From: a bacterium
GTDB taxonomy: Bacteria; Bacteroidota; Ignavibacteria; UBA10030
Direction of reading: 5' to 3'
Length of the DNA: 64,000 nt
Assembly (NCBI GenBank): GCA_043803945.1
Contig: JAZDJN010000061.1
Location: 83,182-147,181 of the forward strand
Shown here: piece by piece, positions 52,006 through 62,246 of the stretch
Numbering within the stretch: position 1 is the stretch's first letter
Layout of the letters: the number at the start of each line of letters is the position of its first letter
Position numbers and translations under genes: made by a program
The notes under the pieces: generated by a model
What the model was told of the DNA's origin: nothing
The model's input: only the letters and a program-made list of their open reading frames with translations
The model's database searches: none

Positions 52006-55000
52006 CTATTTAAGAAGGAGCATCCGCACCGACCCGGAGAAGCCGGAAGATTCGAGTCTACAAAAATAGACACCTGAAGGAAGGATCCCGACATTCCAGG
52101 AAAATCTGTAATGTCCAGCTTGTAGGATACCTTCAACAACTGTCGCGACTCTCTTCCCATCTATTGAATAGATGGCGACGCGGGCATGCGTTTCTTGCGG
52201 GATATCGAATGAGATTGCCGTAGAGGGATTAAACGGATTTGGATAGTTCTGGAAAAGCTTGAGCGATCGCGGGATTCCCGGATATTCCTCAACTGATGTC
52301 ACTTGCGGTCGGATCGAGAAACTCCACACGATGCTCCAATCACTCCACTCCGCGCCATTGGTGGAGCGAACCTTCCAATAATACTTTGTTTTTTCCTGAA
52401 GCCCTGATATCGTCAATGAGGTTGCAAGCACACCCTGTTCATTGACAAGCAAAGGATTAAAATTCTTATCTGGGGAAACTTGAACTTCATAGCGCGTAGC
52501 ACCTGGGACAGATTTCCAGGTGAGCGTGGGATTTTTTCCGGCTTCCAAATCGGCTCCCTCCAAGGGTGTAAGAAGGTCAGGAACAGCGAGTCTATTCGAA
52601 CCAGTCGTGAAACTCCACCGCTGCGACCAGGAACTGACATGTGTTGTATCCAATGCATTCACACGCCAGTAGTATTTTGTTAACGGCAGTAATTCACTCA
52701 GGCTGTGGGTAGCCTTGGTTACTCCTTTTATTTCGACAAGGTTATCGCTAAAGTTTGCACTCGTCGAATACTGAATTGTATAAGTAAGCGCTCGTGGAGA
52801 AACAGTCCATGCCAATGTTGGCGTGATTGATTGTCCTGTTGCACCATCAGAAGGAGCGACAAGGCTGGGAGCAGCAAGTTGATCATCCCACGTTGTAAAT
52901 CTCCGCACGTCGGACCAGTCGCTTGTATCAGTACTGCTCAAAGCCAGGATCCGCCAGTAATATTGAGTTGTGGCCTTCAGACCAGACACGATGGTAAAAT
53001 TCCCCGAAACGATCTCTCGAGTAAATAGAAGTGTACTGAACGATTGAGTAAGTGATATCTGGAATACATAGGTGTTTGCACCTTCAACCGTTGTCCATTC
53101 GAACCGCGGTTCTGTCGAAATATCCGTCGCCCGATCCTCGGGAGAGAGCAATACTGGAATCGAGAGTTTACTCGACCCGGTAGTGAACTCATACTCCTTT
53201 GACCATTCACTCGACGATGCAGTTCCTGTTGCTCGTACTCTCCAGTAATAGGTTTGATTGAAGAGGAGCCCGGAGAGGCTGGCCGATGTTGAGAGAATCC
53301 CCTGTCGTTGTTCAACGTTTGTGTTAAAGGATTTATTGGTCGAGACCTGAAGCTCATAGCTCAATGCGCCATCGATTTTAGACCATTCAAGTTTGGGATT
53401 GATCGAAATTCCCTCTGCACTATTTGAAGGAGAGATCAGCGATGGCGTAGAAAGGAGACTCGAGCCGGTCGTGAAACTCCACTCACTACTCCATACTGTG
53501 TATCCCGTCGAATCGGAAGCACTGACTCTCCAGAAATAGTCTGTACCGGATATCAGTCCCGTTACCTGATGTGTGGTGGATGTTAAATCTTTCTTCTCAT
53601 AAATGATGGTTTTAAAATTTCTGTCTGTGGCGATCGCTACCCCGTACAGTTTTGCACGGAGAACGGCTGTCCAGTTCAGCGTGGGTGAGGTTGAGACTCC
53701 TTGCGCGCTGTTTGAGGGTTGGATAAGATTTGGGGCTGCAATTTTTCCGGAACCTGTTGTGAAACTTTGAGCGTCAGTCCATCCACTCAATGTTGCTGTG
53801 TCTTTTGCCTGGATCCTCCAGTAGTACTTTGTCTCGGGCAGAAGTCCGATGACTGAGTACTGTGCTTTCTCGATTCCCTGGACTTCGATTGTCGAACCGA
53901 TTTTAAAATCCCGATCGATAGAATACTGCAAGGCATACGATTTCGCTTTGAGAATCACTTCCCACTGGAATGTCACTTCCAATGGAACATCTCTCACATT
54001 ATTTTCCGGGAACAGAAGTTTTGGCTTTGCAAGAACTGCTGCACCAGTCTTGAAACTGTTTTCAGTCGACCAATTACTAATGCTGGTCAAGCTCGCAGCT
54101 AGAACCCGCCAATAATATTGTGTGTTTGGCTCTAGTCCTTTTAGTTGAAGCGATGTCGAGGCTTTTACTATGGTATCAATAACAACAAGTGAAAATTTTA
54201 AATCCTTCGTCAGTTGAACTCGATAGGAATCGGCATTAGGTACGAGAGCCCATTCAAGAGCCGGGCCTAACTCGAGATTATCAGATTTATCTGAGGGTTT
54301 AATTAATGCGGGGCTTGCGAGTTGTGCACTCTTGGTTTTAAAACTCCAATCGGTCGACCAATTACTGGCACCAACAGCGTTAAAACATCGGACACGCCAG
54401 TAGTACGTGACTTCCGGTAACAAACCTGGAATAGTGCATGAGGCATTTGTGAGTCCGGTTGAATCTTTTGCCAGCGTTGAAAAATTTCTGTCAGTACTAA
54501 TCTGAACCTGGTACCGGAGCGCCCCTGTGACAGGAGACCAGGAAAGCAAGACCGGTGTAGATGCATCTCTGCTATTATCAGTTGGCAGGAGTAATTGAGG
54601 AGAAGCGATTACTGCATCAACCGTTGTGAAACTCCACTCTGAAGAAACCGGCCCCTCTCCGTTCGGGCCAATTCCATACACGCGCCAATAGTATGTCGTA
54701 TTGTTGGAAAGTCCTGATAATGCAAAAGAAGTCCTAATTACTCCCGTGGTATCCATTATCAGCGGATTGAAATTTTCTTTAGTAGCTACCTGAACGCGGT
54801 ACGATAACGCTCCTTTGGCGCTTCCCCATTCAAGAGATACATTGATAGGAACCTTGGTTGCATTGCTGTCAGGTAACATCAAAGAAACACGCGCAGGTTT
54901 TCCTGTTTCCGTAGAAAAATTCCATGTTGTCGACCAATCACTCGTACCGCCATTTGTGGTTACGCGAACATGCCAGTAATACTTTTGATCATAAGAAAGC

Positions 55001-57303
55001 TTTACATCCCAGAATGATTTCGTGAGTGAAGAGTTCGATGCTACGATAGTATGAAATTTATCATCTGTGGCAACCTGAACCTCATAAACCGATGAAGGAT
55101 CGTTATTGGGACTCCAGGCTAACGTTACACTCACCGGAAGGCCGCTGACATCTGAGGATGGAATGGGTGATGTCGGAGCTGCAGGCTTTGTTGAGGCGGT
55201 CGTGAAATAATTAGCCGACGACCAACCGCTTGATCCTCCCTCGTTTTCAGCACTGACTCTCCAGTAATATGTTTTCTCCCCCTTTAAGCCCGTGACTGCA
55301 TGAGATTGAGATGTAGATATGAGAGACGTCTCATTGATGAACAACTGATCTTGGGGGAATTTTGAATCCTCCGCCATCTGAACAGAATAGGAAGTTGCAC
55401 CGTTCACCGAACTCCAAGAGAGTGTTGTGCCGGGGGGAACGATGACCGATTTATTCGTTGGAGAAACAAGATCAGGAGCTTTTGCCGGCGGAGCGATCTG
55501 AGTTGTGAAGGTCGCGCTTGTCCAGTTGCTTGAACCTGTTGCATTCACCGCTCGTACACGCCAATGGTATGATGTCCCTTCAGTCAGTCTGCTGAGACTT
55601 TCAGACGTGCTTCTCAAGCGAGGTTTATCTGTCACATCAATGGAAGAAAAATCTGATTTTGTCGAGACCTGAAGATCATAGGTGTCCGCACCAATCACCG
55701 CATTCCATTTCAGCGTCGGGCTAGTCGATATCCCCGTTGCACCATTGGATGGTTCTACAATTGTTGGTGTTGCGGGCAACGCAAGTTGAGTTTTGAAACT
55801 TGCGGTCGAAGACCAGTCGCTCGACCCAATTGTATTCGTCGCTCTGACCCGCCAATAGTAGGATGTGTTTTCAGTAAGCTGAGTCAAATTTTCGGAAGTA
55901 GTATTTAGTTTCTGCTTATCGGTCACATCGACAGAAGAAAAATTAGATTTTGTCGATACCTGGAGGTCATAGGTATCGGCGCCTACAGCAGAATTCCATT
56001 TCAACGTCGGGCTTGTCGATACTTCTGTCGCTCCATCGGCGGGTTCTAGGATTGTTGGTGTTGCCGGCAAGCTAAGTTGAGTTTTGAAACTTACCGTCGA
56101 AGACCAGTTGCTCGATCCAGCGCCATTTGTGGCTCTCACCCGCCAATAATATGTCGTGTTTTCTGTTAAGCGGCTAAGGTTATCCGATGTACTTTTCAGG
56201 CGCTGCTTATCGAGAACATCGACCGAAGAGAAATCTGATTTTGTGGAAACCTGAAGATCGTAGGTATCCGCACCGGTCACTTCACCCCATTTCAACGTCG
56301 GACTCGTTGACACACCTGTTGCACCATCTGATGGTTCTATAGGTGAAGGAATAGCAGGGAGTCCGAGTGCTGTGGTAAATTTCCATGCGGATGACCAGCC
56401 GCTCGTTGTGCTTCCATCGGTGGCATTCACCCGCCAGTAGTACATCGTATTGTTCTGTAAGGAGGTGAGTGTCAATGATGGCGTCGCTGAAGTATGCGTA
56501 CTGGCTCCGCTGAAATTGCTGCTCGTCGCCACTTCTATACTATAGCTTGTCGCTCCTGCAACTGAGTTCCATTGCAATGTGACGTTGACTGGTACGCTTG
56601 TAGAACCATCGGCCGGAGATGTATGTATCGGTGTGGCCATCGCCGGAGCTTGTGTCGTAAACGATCCTTCAACCCAGGCACTTTCCAGGTTTTCAGCAGA
56701 GACAGATTTTACTCGATAATAGTATTGCGTCGAGGGTGTAAGATTATCAACAGTAAACGATTGTGTTGCTGTAGAACCTCCACCAACACTTTTCGTGAAC
56801 TTATTATCACTCGCTATTTCAATGGTGTATGAAACTGCACCTTCTGCCGTGCTCCATTGAAGGGACGCAGATGATGCAGTTATAGTTGGAACTCCCAGGA
56901 CCGGGGGATCAGGAGGAAGAGGCGGAGATCCTAGAGTAATAAAATTATCTTGGCTTGGATTACTGGTTTTTCCTGCTACAGTGACATCAACCCGGTAGTA
57001 ATATGTTGTACCGCTCTGCAGGCCTGTAATCGTGACCGATGTATTTGTTGTTGAGCCGGAAGTGACTAGATCTTGGAAATTACTTTTCTTTGATACTTCG
57101 TATGAATATGATGTGGCACCAGTCACCACACTCCAGCTAATATCGGCTGAAGAACTGGTGATATTCGATGCATTGTTCAGAGTTGGAGGATTCGGTTTAT
57201 TCCCTTGACCATACAGTGTGCGAGTTTGCATCGACACACCGATGAGCATGCAGATAAGAAACAATGATGATCGTGGGATGCTAGTACCTCTCCAAAACTG
57301 CAT
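52006..57303 (-). CDS. Large fibronectin type III repeat protein with a T9SS-type C-terminal domain
   Basis: 17 repeats ending in Y[YHF][WY][RHK][VI], mostly followed by S.W..F.T; QNYPNPFNP...SGVYF..L C-terminal domain; N-terminal signal-like segment. Confidence 0.9.
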   Translation of the reverse strand: MQFWRGTSIPRSSLFLICMLIGVSMQTRTLYGQGNKPNPPTLNNASNITSSSADISWSVVTGATSYSYEVSKKSNFQDLVTSGSTTNTSVTITGLQSGTTYYYRVDVTVAGKTSNPSQDNFITLGSPPLPPDPPVLGVPTITASSASLQWSTAEGAVSYTIEIASDNKFTKSVGGGSTATQSFTVDNLTPSTQYYYRVKSVSAENLESAWVEGSFTTQAPAMATPIHTSPADGSTSVPVNVTLQWNSVAGATSYSIEVATSSNFSGASTHTSATPSLTLTSLQNNTMYYWRVNATDGSTTSGWSSAWKFTTALGLPAIPSPIEPSDGATGVSTSPTLKWGEVTGADTYDLQVSTKSDFSSVDVLDKQRLKSTSDNLSRLTENTTYYWRVRATNGAGSSNWSSTVSFKTQLSLPATPTILEPADGATEVSTSPTLKWNSAVGADTYDLQVSTKSNFSSVDVTDKQKLNTTSENLTQLTENTSYYWRVRATNTIGSSDWSSTASFKTQLALPATPTIVEPSNGATGISTSPTLKWNAVIGADTYDLQVSTKSDFSSIDVTDKPRLRSTSESLSRLTEGTSYHWRVRAVNATGSSNWTSATFTTQIAPPAKAPDLVSPTNKSVIVPPGTTLSWSSVNGATSYSVQMAEDSKFPQDQLFINETSLISTSQSHAVTGLKGEKTYYWRVSAENEGGSSGWSSANYFTTASTKPAAPTSPIPSSDVSGLPVSVTLAWSPNNDPSSVYEVQVATDDKFHTIVASNSSLTKSFWDVKLSYDQKYYWHVRVTTNGGTSDWSTTWNFSTETGKPARVSLMLPDSNATKVPINVSLEWGSAKGALSYRVQVATKENFNPLIMDTTGVIRTSFALSGLSNNTTYYWRVYGIGPNGEGPVSSEWSFTTVDAVIASPQLLLPTDNSRDASTPVLLSWSPVTGALRYQVQISTDRNFSTLAKDSTGLTNASCTIPGLLPEVTYYWRVRCFNAVGASNWSTDWSFKTKSAQLASPALIKPSDKSDNLELGPALEWALVPNADSYRVQLTKDLKFSLVVIDTIVKASTSLQLKGLEPNTQYYWRVLAASLTSISNWSTENSFKTGAAVLAKPKLLFPENNVRDVPLEVTFQWEVILKAKSYALQYSIDRDFKIGSTIEVQGIEKAQYSVIGLLPETKYYWRIQAKDTATLSGWTDAQSFTTGSGKIAAPNLIQPSNSAQGVSTSPTLNWTAVLRAKLYGVAIATDRNFKTIIYEKKDLTSTTHQVTGLISGTDYFWRVSASDSTGYTVWSSEWSFTTGSSLLSTPSLISPSNSAEGISINPKLEWSKIDGALSYELQVSTNKSFNTNVEQRQGILSTSASLSGLLFNQTYYWRVRATGTASSSEWSKEYEFTTGSSKLSIPVLLSPEDRATDISTEPRFEWTTVEGANTYVFQISLTQSFSTLLFTREIVSGNFTIVSGLKATTQYYWRILALSSTDTSDWSDVRRFTTWDDQLAAPSLVAPSDGATGQSITPTLAWTVSPRALTYTIQYSTSANFSDNLVEIKGVTKATHSLSELLPLTKYYWRVNALDTTHVSSWSQRWSFTTGSNRLAVPDLLTPLEGADLEAGKNPTLTWKSVPGATRYEVQVSPDKNFNPLLVNEQGVLATSLTISGLQEKTKYYWKVRSTNGAEWSDWSIVWSFSIRPQVTSVEEYPGIPRSLKLFQNYPNPFNPSTAISFDIPQETHARVAIYSIDGKRVATVVEGILQAGHYRFSWNVGILPSGVYFCRLESSGFSGSVRMLLLK
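55500..56360 (-). repeat. Three high-similarity FN3 units with a 291-bp period
   Basis: TTTTGAAACT occurs at 55791 and 56082; GADTYDLQVSTKS[DN]FSS occurs three times. Confidence 0.85.
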
Positions 57304-57633
57304 GATCGCTCTGCCGAATAATGAAGACGAGTGTTAGTTATCCCAACTTCACATGAAGTCTTCTTTGAGAAAGACTTCACATCTAGCACGATATGCATCA
57401 GAAAAAGAGTGGACGATCCGAAATGCCAGTGCCGCTACTGGCGTTCAAGGGTAGTTTTCATAGAGAAGAATCCAATTCGCCCGATTCAAAATACCACGAG
57501 CGCCTAATAAAGTCAAGGGATTTGGCAGAGCGAAAGGGCCTCTGTGACCGGTGGCACGAACTGCAATTGTGCGCACTTACTCTCGAATATCAAGCTTCAA
57601 CCTCAAATCAGGAATGTAAGTTCCTTCTCGGAA

Positions 57634-59964
57634 TCATTTCTGCCGAACTTCAAAAATCAATCCCTTATACCGTTGATAGAGATACGATGTCATGAGCAGA
57701 ATCACTCCAAGCCCGATGAACGAGAAGATACGATAGAGCGTCTCAAGGGATGAAAGGTCATAAATAAATATTTTTAGAATCGTTACACCGAAGAGAATAA
57801 TCGATGCAACCCGAATCATTTGATGACGCCGCCAAATGCCGACGACCATGAGAAGGATCGAATAGAACAGCCAGACCGATGAAAGGGCAAGCTGCTGCTG
57901 GTTCTGAAGGCTGAGCAACTGATCGGAGACATCTTTATTGGCTGATGATTGATGAAGGATAAATTTTTGCCACTCAAAGTAATCGCGTGCTTCTCCTGTC
58001 AAGAGTGAAAAAATCACCACCAGTATGGCCCCGCTGATGAACGGTTGTACATCATCGATCCAGTCAAACTTGCTGCTTCTGGATTTTGAAATAATGGTGA
58101 GAAGGGTCAATCCGCCAATGATTCCCAGACAGGCAAGCACTCGATAATTAAATAAAAATGTATACTGCTCAATCGGACTAAACAGCAATCCCCGGAAGAT
58201 GATGATGCTTGTTCCCAATCCGGCATACACCAATCCGGAAATCCCGATCGTCTGATTATCTTCTATCAATCCATTATATGTTATAAGAATACCGAAGACC
58301 ATCCAAAGAGAAGAGAGGGAAATAAAAAGCAGGAAATACAGATACTCCACCATAATCCTGCTCTGATCAAGCATAAGGAAACGAAAATAATCAACTCCCC
58401 AAACGGTAATTAAAATGAACAGAGTGAGGGACCATCCCGCGTGAAATATTGCGCGCCTGGAATTCAACCACTTGTCCTCAATACGATGTGCACAATACCC
58501 GATGACCCTCAAAGCGGCGGCAAGAGCAACGAAGGCAAGGATCCGATGGGGAATTATCTGAACATACTCCTGAATCTCCTCAATCCGGAATGCATTGTTC
58601 GTTGCGATCAGTTTCATCAGCCCCAATAGAATGATGAGCAGTGCTGCCTGCCCGAGGAAGATCAAACGTAATCGCATACCGAGCCAGAAGAGAATGGCGG
58701 CTTCGATACTCCACAACGCGATCGTTGTGAATCCGGTAAACTGAATTGCTGTCGCACACACGAGTGCAAACATCGAGCTGAGGATGTAACGCTCGAAGAG
58801 GAACGATTCACCCTTCCCCTGTCTCTTCAAGAGTACTCCAGAGGAGAAATAGATGAAACCGATCAGCAGCGCAACGGGAGCTGCCCAATCTGGAAATCGT
58901 TCATTGAGCAGAACGTAGATATCAATGAAATAGAAAAGAAAAAATCCTGAGGCTAACATACCACGCTGGACTGAATACGAGCGTTCTTTGTTGAGTGCAC
59001 GGACTATTTCCAAGCCGAAGACCATCAACCAGAGAATTGTGAGAAATGAAAATGCAATCCAGAATTTCGCGGTGTTGTATTCCTCTCCAAACCAGAGCAG
59101 ATACATGAAAAGAGCGGCAAGGACAGTCAATATCTCAAGGATGAACCACTTCTCCCTGAACATCACGACAGCCAGAAGACCAGCCGTAAGGACGAGGATG
59201 TAGCTCAAGAATCCAACATCATTCACAACACCGGTGCTCAAGAGAATCGGTGTCAGGTATCCGCCGGCCCAACCGAGAAGGCCGATGGCATTGGAATCGT
59301 ACCGCAACGCCTCAACGAATGCAATCACTGTAACAATCGCCATGAACAGAAATGCCACCGTTTGCGAAACCAGATGGTAGTAATTGAATGAAGCATAGAC
59401 GGAGAGGTAGAGGATGGCAATACCTGCTCCCTGCAATCCCTGGGCGAATATTTCAAATCCTTTTTTCTGTGCCCGCTCACCGCCAAGGAGAACCGCCAGT
59501 CCAATTCCAGCACCGATGAGTACACGAACTGTTTCGCTGATCCAGTTATTATCAAATGCATACTTCAGGAAGAATCCAATACCGATGACAAGAGCCAGCG
59601 CTCCGATACGATTCAGGAGCTTTCCCCCAATAAGTGCTTCCCATTCTTCTCGGGTACGTGACTTCGGTGCTTCTGAAGGAGGTTCAATATACACAGGTCG
59701 AATTGGTACAGACACGTCAGGCTGTATAGGTTGTTCGGCAATCGGCGGTGCCGCTGGTACTATAAGCGGTGTGGGTTGTTCCTCCCGGGAAGGAGCGGCC
59801 GCAAGATCCTGTTTCGCTTTCTCCAGATTCATGATCGAATCGATTTGGTGTTTCAGTTTATGAAGCTCCCACTCTAACCAGGCAAGCCGTTTATCGACAG
59901 CCATTATTTTGCTGATAAACACACCAAGGACGATGGAGAGAAGAATGATGAGGATAATTTCCAT
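57634..59964 (-). CDS. DUF2339-family integral membrane protein
   Basis: WEALIGGKLLNRIG..GIGFFLKYAF, many TM segments and KIFIYDLSSL..LYRIFSFIGLG. Confidence 0.88.
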   Translation of the reverse strand: MEIILIILLSIVLGVFISKIMAVDKRLAWLEWELHKLKHQIDSIMNLEKAKQDLAAAPSREEQPTPLIVPAAPPIAEQPIQPDVSVPIRPVYIEPPSEAPKSRTREEWEALIGGKLLNRIGALALVIGIGFFLKYAFDNNWISETVRVLIGAGIGLAVLLGGERAQKKGFEIFAQGLQGAGIAILYLSVYASFNYYHLVSQTVAFLFMAIVTVIAFVEALRYDSNAIGLLGWAGGYLTPILLSTGVVNDVGFLSYILVLTAGLLAVVMFREKWFILEILTVLAALFMYLLWFGEEYNTAKFWIAFSFLTILWLMVFGLEIVRALNKERSYSVQRGMLASGFFLFYFIDIYVLLNERFPDWAAPVALLIGFIYFSSGVLLKRQGKGESFLFERYILSSMFALVCATAIQFTGFTTIALWSIEAAILFWLGMRLRLIFLGQAALLIILLGLMKLIATNNAFRIEEIQEYVQIIPHRILAFVALAAALRVIGYCAHRIEDKWLNSRRAIFHAGWSLTLFILITVWGVDYFRFLMLDQSRIMVEYLYFLLFISLSSLWMVFGILITYNGLIEDNQTIGISGLVYAGLGTSIIIFRGLLFSPIEQYTFLFNYRVLACLGIIGGLTLLTIISKSRSSKFDWIDDVQPFISGAILVVIFSLLTGEARDYFEWQKFILHQSSANKDVSDQLLSLQNQQQLALSSVWLFYSILLMVVGIWRRHQMIRVASIILFGVTILKIFIYDLSSLETLYRIFSFIGLGVILLMTSYLYQRYKGLIFEVRQK

Positions 59965-60131
59965 ATGAACCTCCTCAAACGATCAGAAGGTGAACGTGTT
60001 GAACTGGATTTTTCTCTTTACAGTATGATAATGATGAGAACACGAAATTGAAATGAACGAGTCTTAAGTATAACGAGCGGCCCACTTTCCGCTTTTATGG
60101 TAGGGATTTCAGTTATGATATGCAAGGAGAG

Positions 60132-61370
60132 CTACTTGTTCGGCACTGCAGGCATCTGGTTGCTGATACGTTCCGGCAATCTATACCCTAAGCGCTTTCC
60201 TGCAATATTAATTACGATAGAGTCACGCTGAACAAACTCAGCACTGGCTGACCGCAACGCAGATTCCTCGAAGAGTGGATTCACAAGAAGGAGAACTATT
60301 AATGTCGAGTTCTTTATTGTGAAGTAAGCCGGAATTGTAGTTTGACCATCCGATCTCATAGCTGACAATAATGACGTTGACGAATACCTCTGGAGAATGG
60401 AAATCTCCTCAACAGTGTTCTTCTCAAATTGACGATCGGATTTCTGAAGAATCTGTGTTCTGCCCTCGATGATCGCCTGCATCTTTGGTTCTGCAGCCAG
60501 TTGTTGGAGCATTTGTCTCCGTTGTACTCCTTTTCCTTTCCCGCCTGCACCCTGCTCTGAGACAACCGATCCAATGGTAATAGTCGGCGGAATTTTATAA
60601 TCGGCCTCAACCTCTCTTAACTGCGCCGCAAGCATAACCTCATCCAATTCACTCTTGCCTTTCTGGCTGATGATTACCACTTCAGGTTTCTGAGCACCTG
60701 CTCCACCCTCTTCCTGCCGGCGCACAGATTTTTTTTCTTGCTGTGCCAGCAGTGACCTGGTTCCATCAACAGTGGTCTGTGTCTTCCCTGTCTTTTCACC
60801 TGCGGCAGTGATTCCCTTTGGTACCCCCTGCTTTCCGAGGCCATCGTCAGCACTCGATGGAGCATAGCGTTTATCTTTTCCCCGGGCATTGGACTCTACG
60901 CCCTGGAGAATTTCTTTGACGGCTCTCTTCTCTTCGTTTCGCTGCATTGCTTCATCGGCAACACCCTTACTCCCACTCTCCTTCGTTTTCCCCTCTTCTC
61001 CCGGAGTACTCTCTTCAGTCAGGACCGGACCCTGAAGTGCTTCACCGGCCTCTCTCATAAACCATTGGTTGTGAATACCGAGCGTGAGCAGCAAGAGAAT
61101 CACAGCAGCCGCACCGGCGACCTGGTACCAGGTCCACACCTGTCGCGGCAAATTATTGATGCGAGCACGCAATCGTGCTTGAAGCTCAATCCTTCCTGTA
61201 CGTTTAATACCTGCGGCAAGAATCTGTTCATCGCGGACAAGAGCATTGCACATATCACACTGATGCAGATGTTGCGCTAATAGACGTTGTTCTTCTTTGC
61301 TGACACGGCCAGCGACAAAACGTTCCCGGAGTTCTTCGTCTGTCGCCCAATGGCTTTTCTCAGTCGACAT
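60132..61370 (-). CDS. Putative zinc-binding anti-sigma factor
   Basis: HLHQCDMC (HxxxCxxC), one TM segment and an extracytoplasmic region; directly after the ECF sigma gene. Confidence 0.72.
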   Translation of the reverse strand: MSTEKSHWATDEELRERFVAGRVSKEEQRLLAQHLHQCDMCNALVRDEQILAAGIKRTGRIELQARLRARINNLPRQVWTWYQVAGAAAVILLLLTLGIHNQWFMREAGEALQGPVLTEESTPGEEGKTKESGSKGVADEAMQRNEEKRAVKEILQGVESNARGKDKRYAPSSADDGLGKQGVPKGITAAGEKTGKTQTTVDGTRSLLAQQEKKSVRRQEEGGAGAQKPEVVIISQKGKSELDEVMLAAQLREVEADYKIPPTITIGSVVSEQGAGGKGKGVQRRQMLQQLAAEPKMQAIIEGRTQILQKSDRQFEKNTVEEISILQRYSSTSLLSAMRSDGQTTIPAYFTIKNSTLIVLLLVNPLFEESALRSASAEFVQRDSIVINIAGKRLGYRLPERISNQMPAVPNK

Positions 61371-61371
61371 T

Positions 61372-61938
61372 TCAACTCCTTTCCCTGATCATTTTTTCTA
61401 GGGCTTTCTTACATTGATATTTTTTTGCTTTTGCAGTTTCGGCATTGGCGAATCCCATCGCCCCCGCAATTTCTTCCATGGAGAGTTCTTCCCAATAAAA
61501 CATCAGGAGCAGCTTCTTGCATTGTTCTCCAATCTTCTGCAGCGCCTGGTGTACCTGCAATGCCTCTTCCGAAGCGATCAGTAATTCCAACGCTGACGCA
61601 CTGTCATCCGTTTGATTCTCCGGATCAATCTCTCCCGGACTTTCTCTCCTCTTCCGGAGTAATCGTCTCGACCAGAGATTTTTCACCGTTGCATAGAGAA
61701 ACGTGCTTAACTTTGCCGCATATTCATACCGGCCGGAGCGCACCCGTTCCCAGAGAATGATCAGCGACTCCTGTAGCATGTCCTCCGCATCATCCGTCGA
61801 TCCGTTATTGCGTGTAACGAATGAAACGATCGCCCGACGATTCGACTCATACAGCATCACCAAACCCTCCTCATCTCCACTCCGCATGAGATCCAGAATC
61901 TTTGTATCTGTGTTAATAAAAAAGAGAGATGACTTCAT
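61372..61938 (-). CDS. ECF-family RNA polymerase sigma factor
   Basis: DAEDMLQE, TFLYATVKN and FYWEELSMEEIA...AKAKKYQC. Confidence 0.92.
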   Translation of the reverse strand: MKSSLFFINTDTKILDLMRSGDEEGLVMLYESNRRAIVSFVTRNNGSTDDAEDMLQESLIILWERVRSGRYEYAAKLSTFLYATVKNLWSRRLLRKRRESPGEIDPENQTDDSASALELLIASEEALQVHQALQKIGEQCKKLLLMFYWEELSMEEIAGAMGFANAETAKAKKYQCKKALEKMIRERS

Positions 61939-62035
61939 TTACCTTTTGAATGTTAATGTCATGAACAGAGTAAAGGTGAATGATTAACTTATGTTATGCA
62001 TTGAGTTGATTTATAACAGAAACAGAGAAATACTC

Positions 62036-62133
62036 GCCGCCAAGTGCGCCAAGAGAATTATTGTTTTTGGTATTTTAAAAAGAATGTTATATCAATTTAT
62101 AGAAAGATTTTGGTGCCTTGGCGTTTTGGCGGC
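62036..62133. repeat. Short inverted element built from CGCCAAG units
   Basis: GCCGCCAAGTGCGCCAAG ... CTTGGCGTTTTGGCGGC flanking an AT-rich core. Confidence 0.5.
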
Positions 62134-62246
62134 CATCTTTTATCTTAAAAAGTGTCGTTTTTTGTTTTTACGTACCATCAATGATTAAGTACATCAAGAA
62201 AATACAAATAACGCAATCTTATATCAAATACCATACGGGGGACACA

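Noticed and set aside
55500-56360. CRISPR array or mobile repeat
   Set aside because: The period is 291 bp, in frame within the FN3 gene, with no repeat-spacer structure and no cas genes.
57552-57565. TGGCACGAACTGCA as a sigma54 promoter
   Set aside because: Spacing is 8 and it is on the plus strand with no credible downstream gene.
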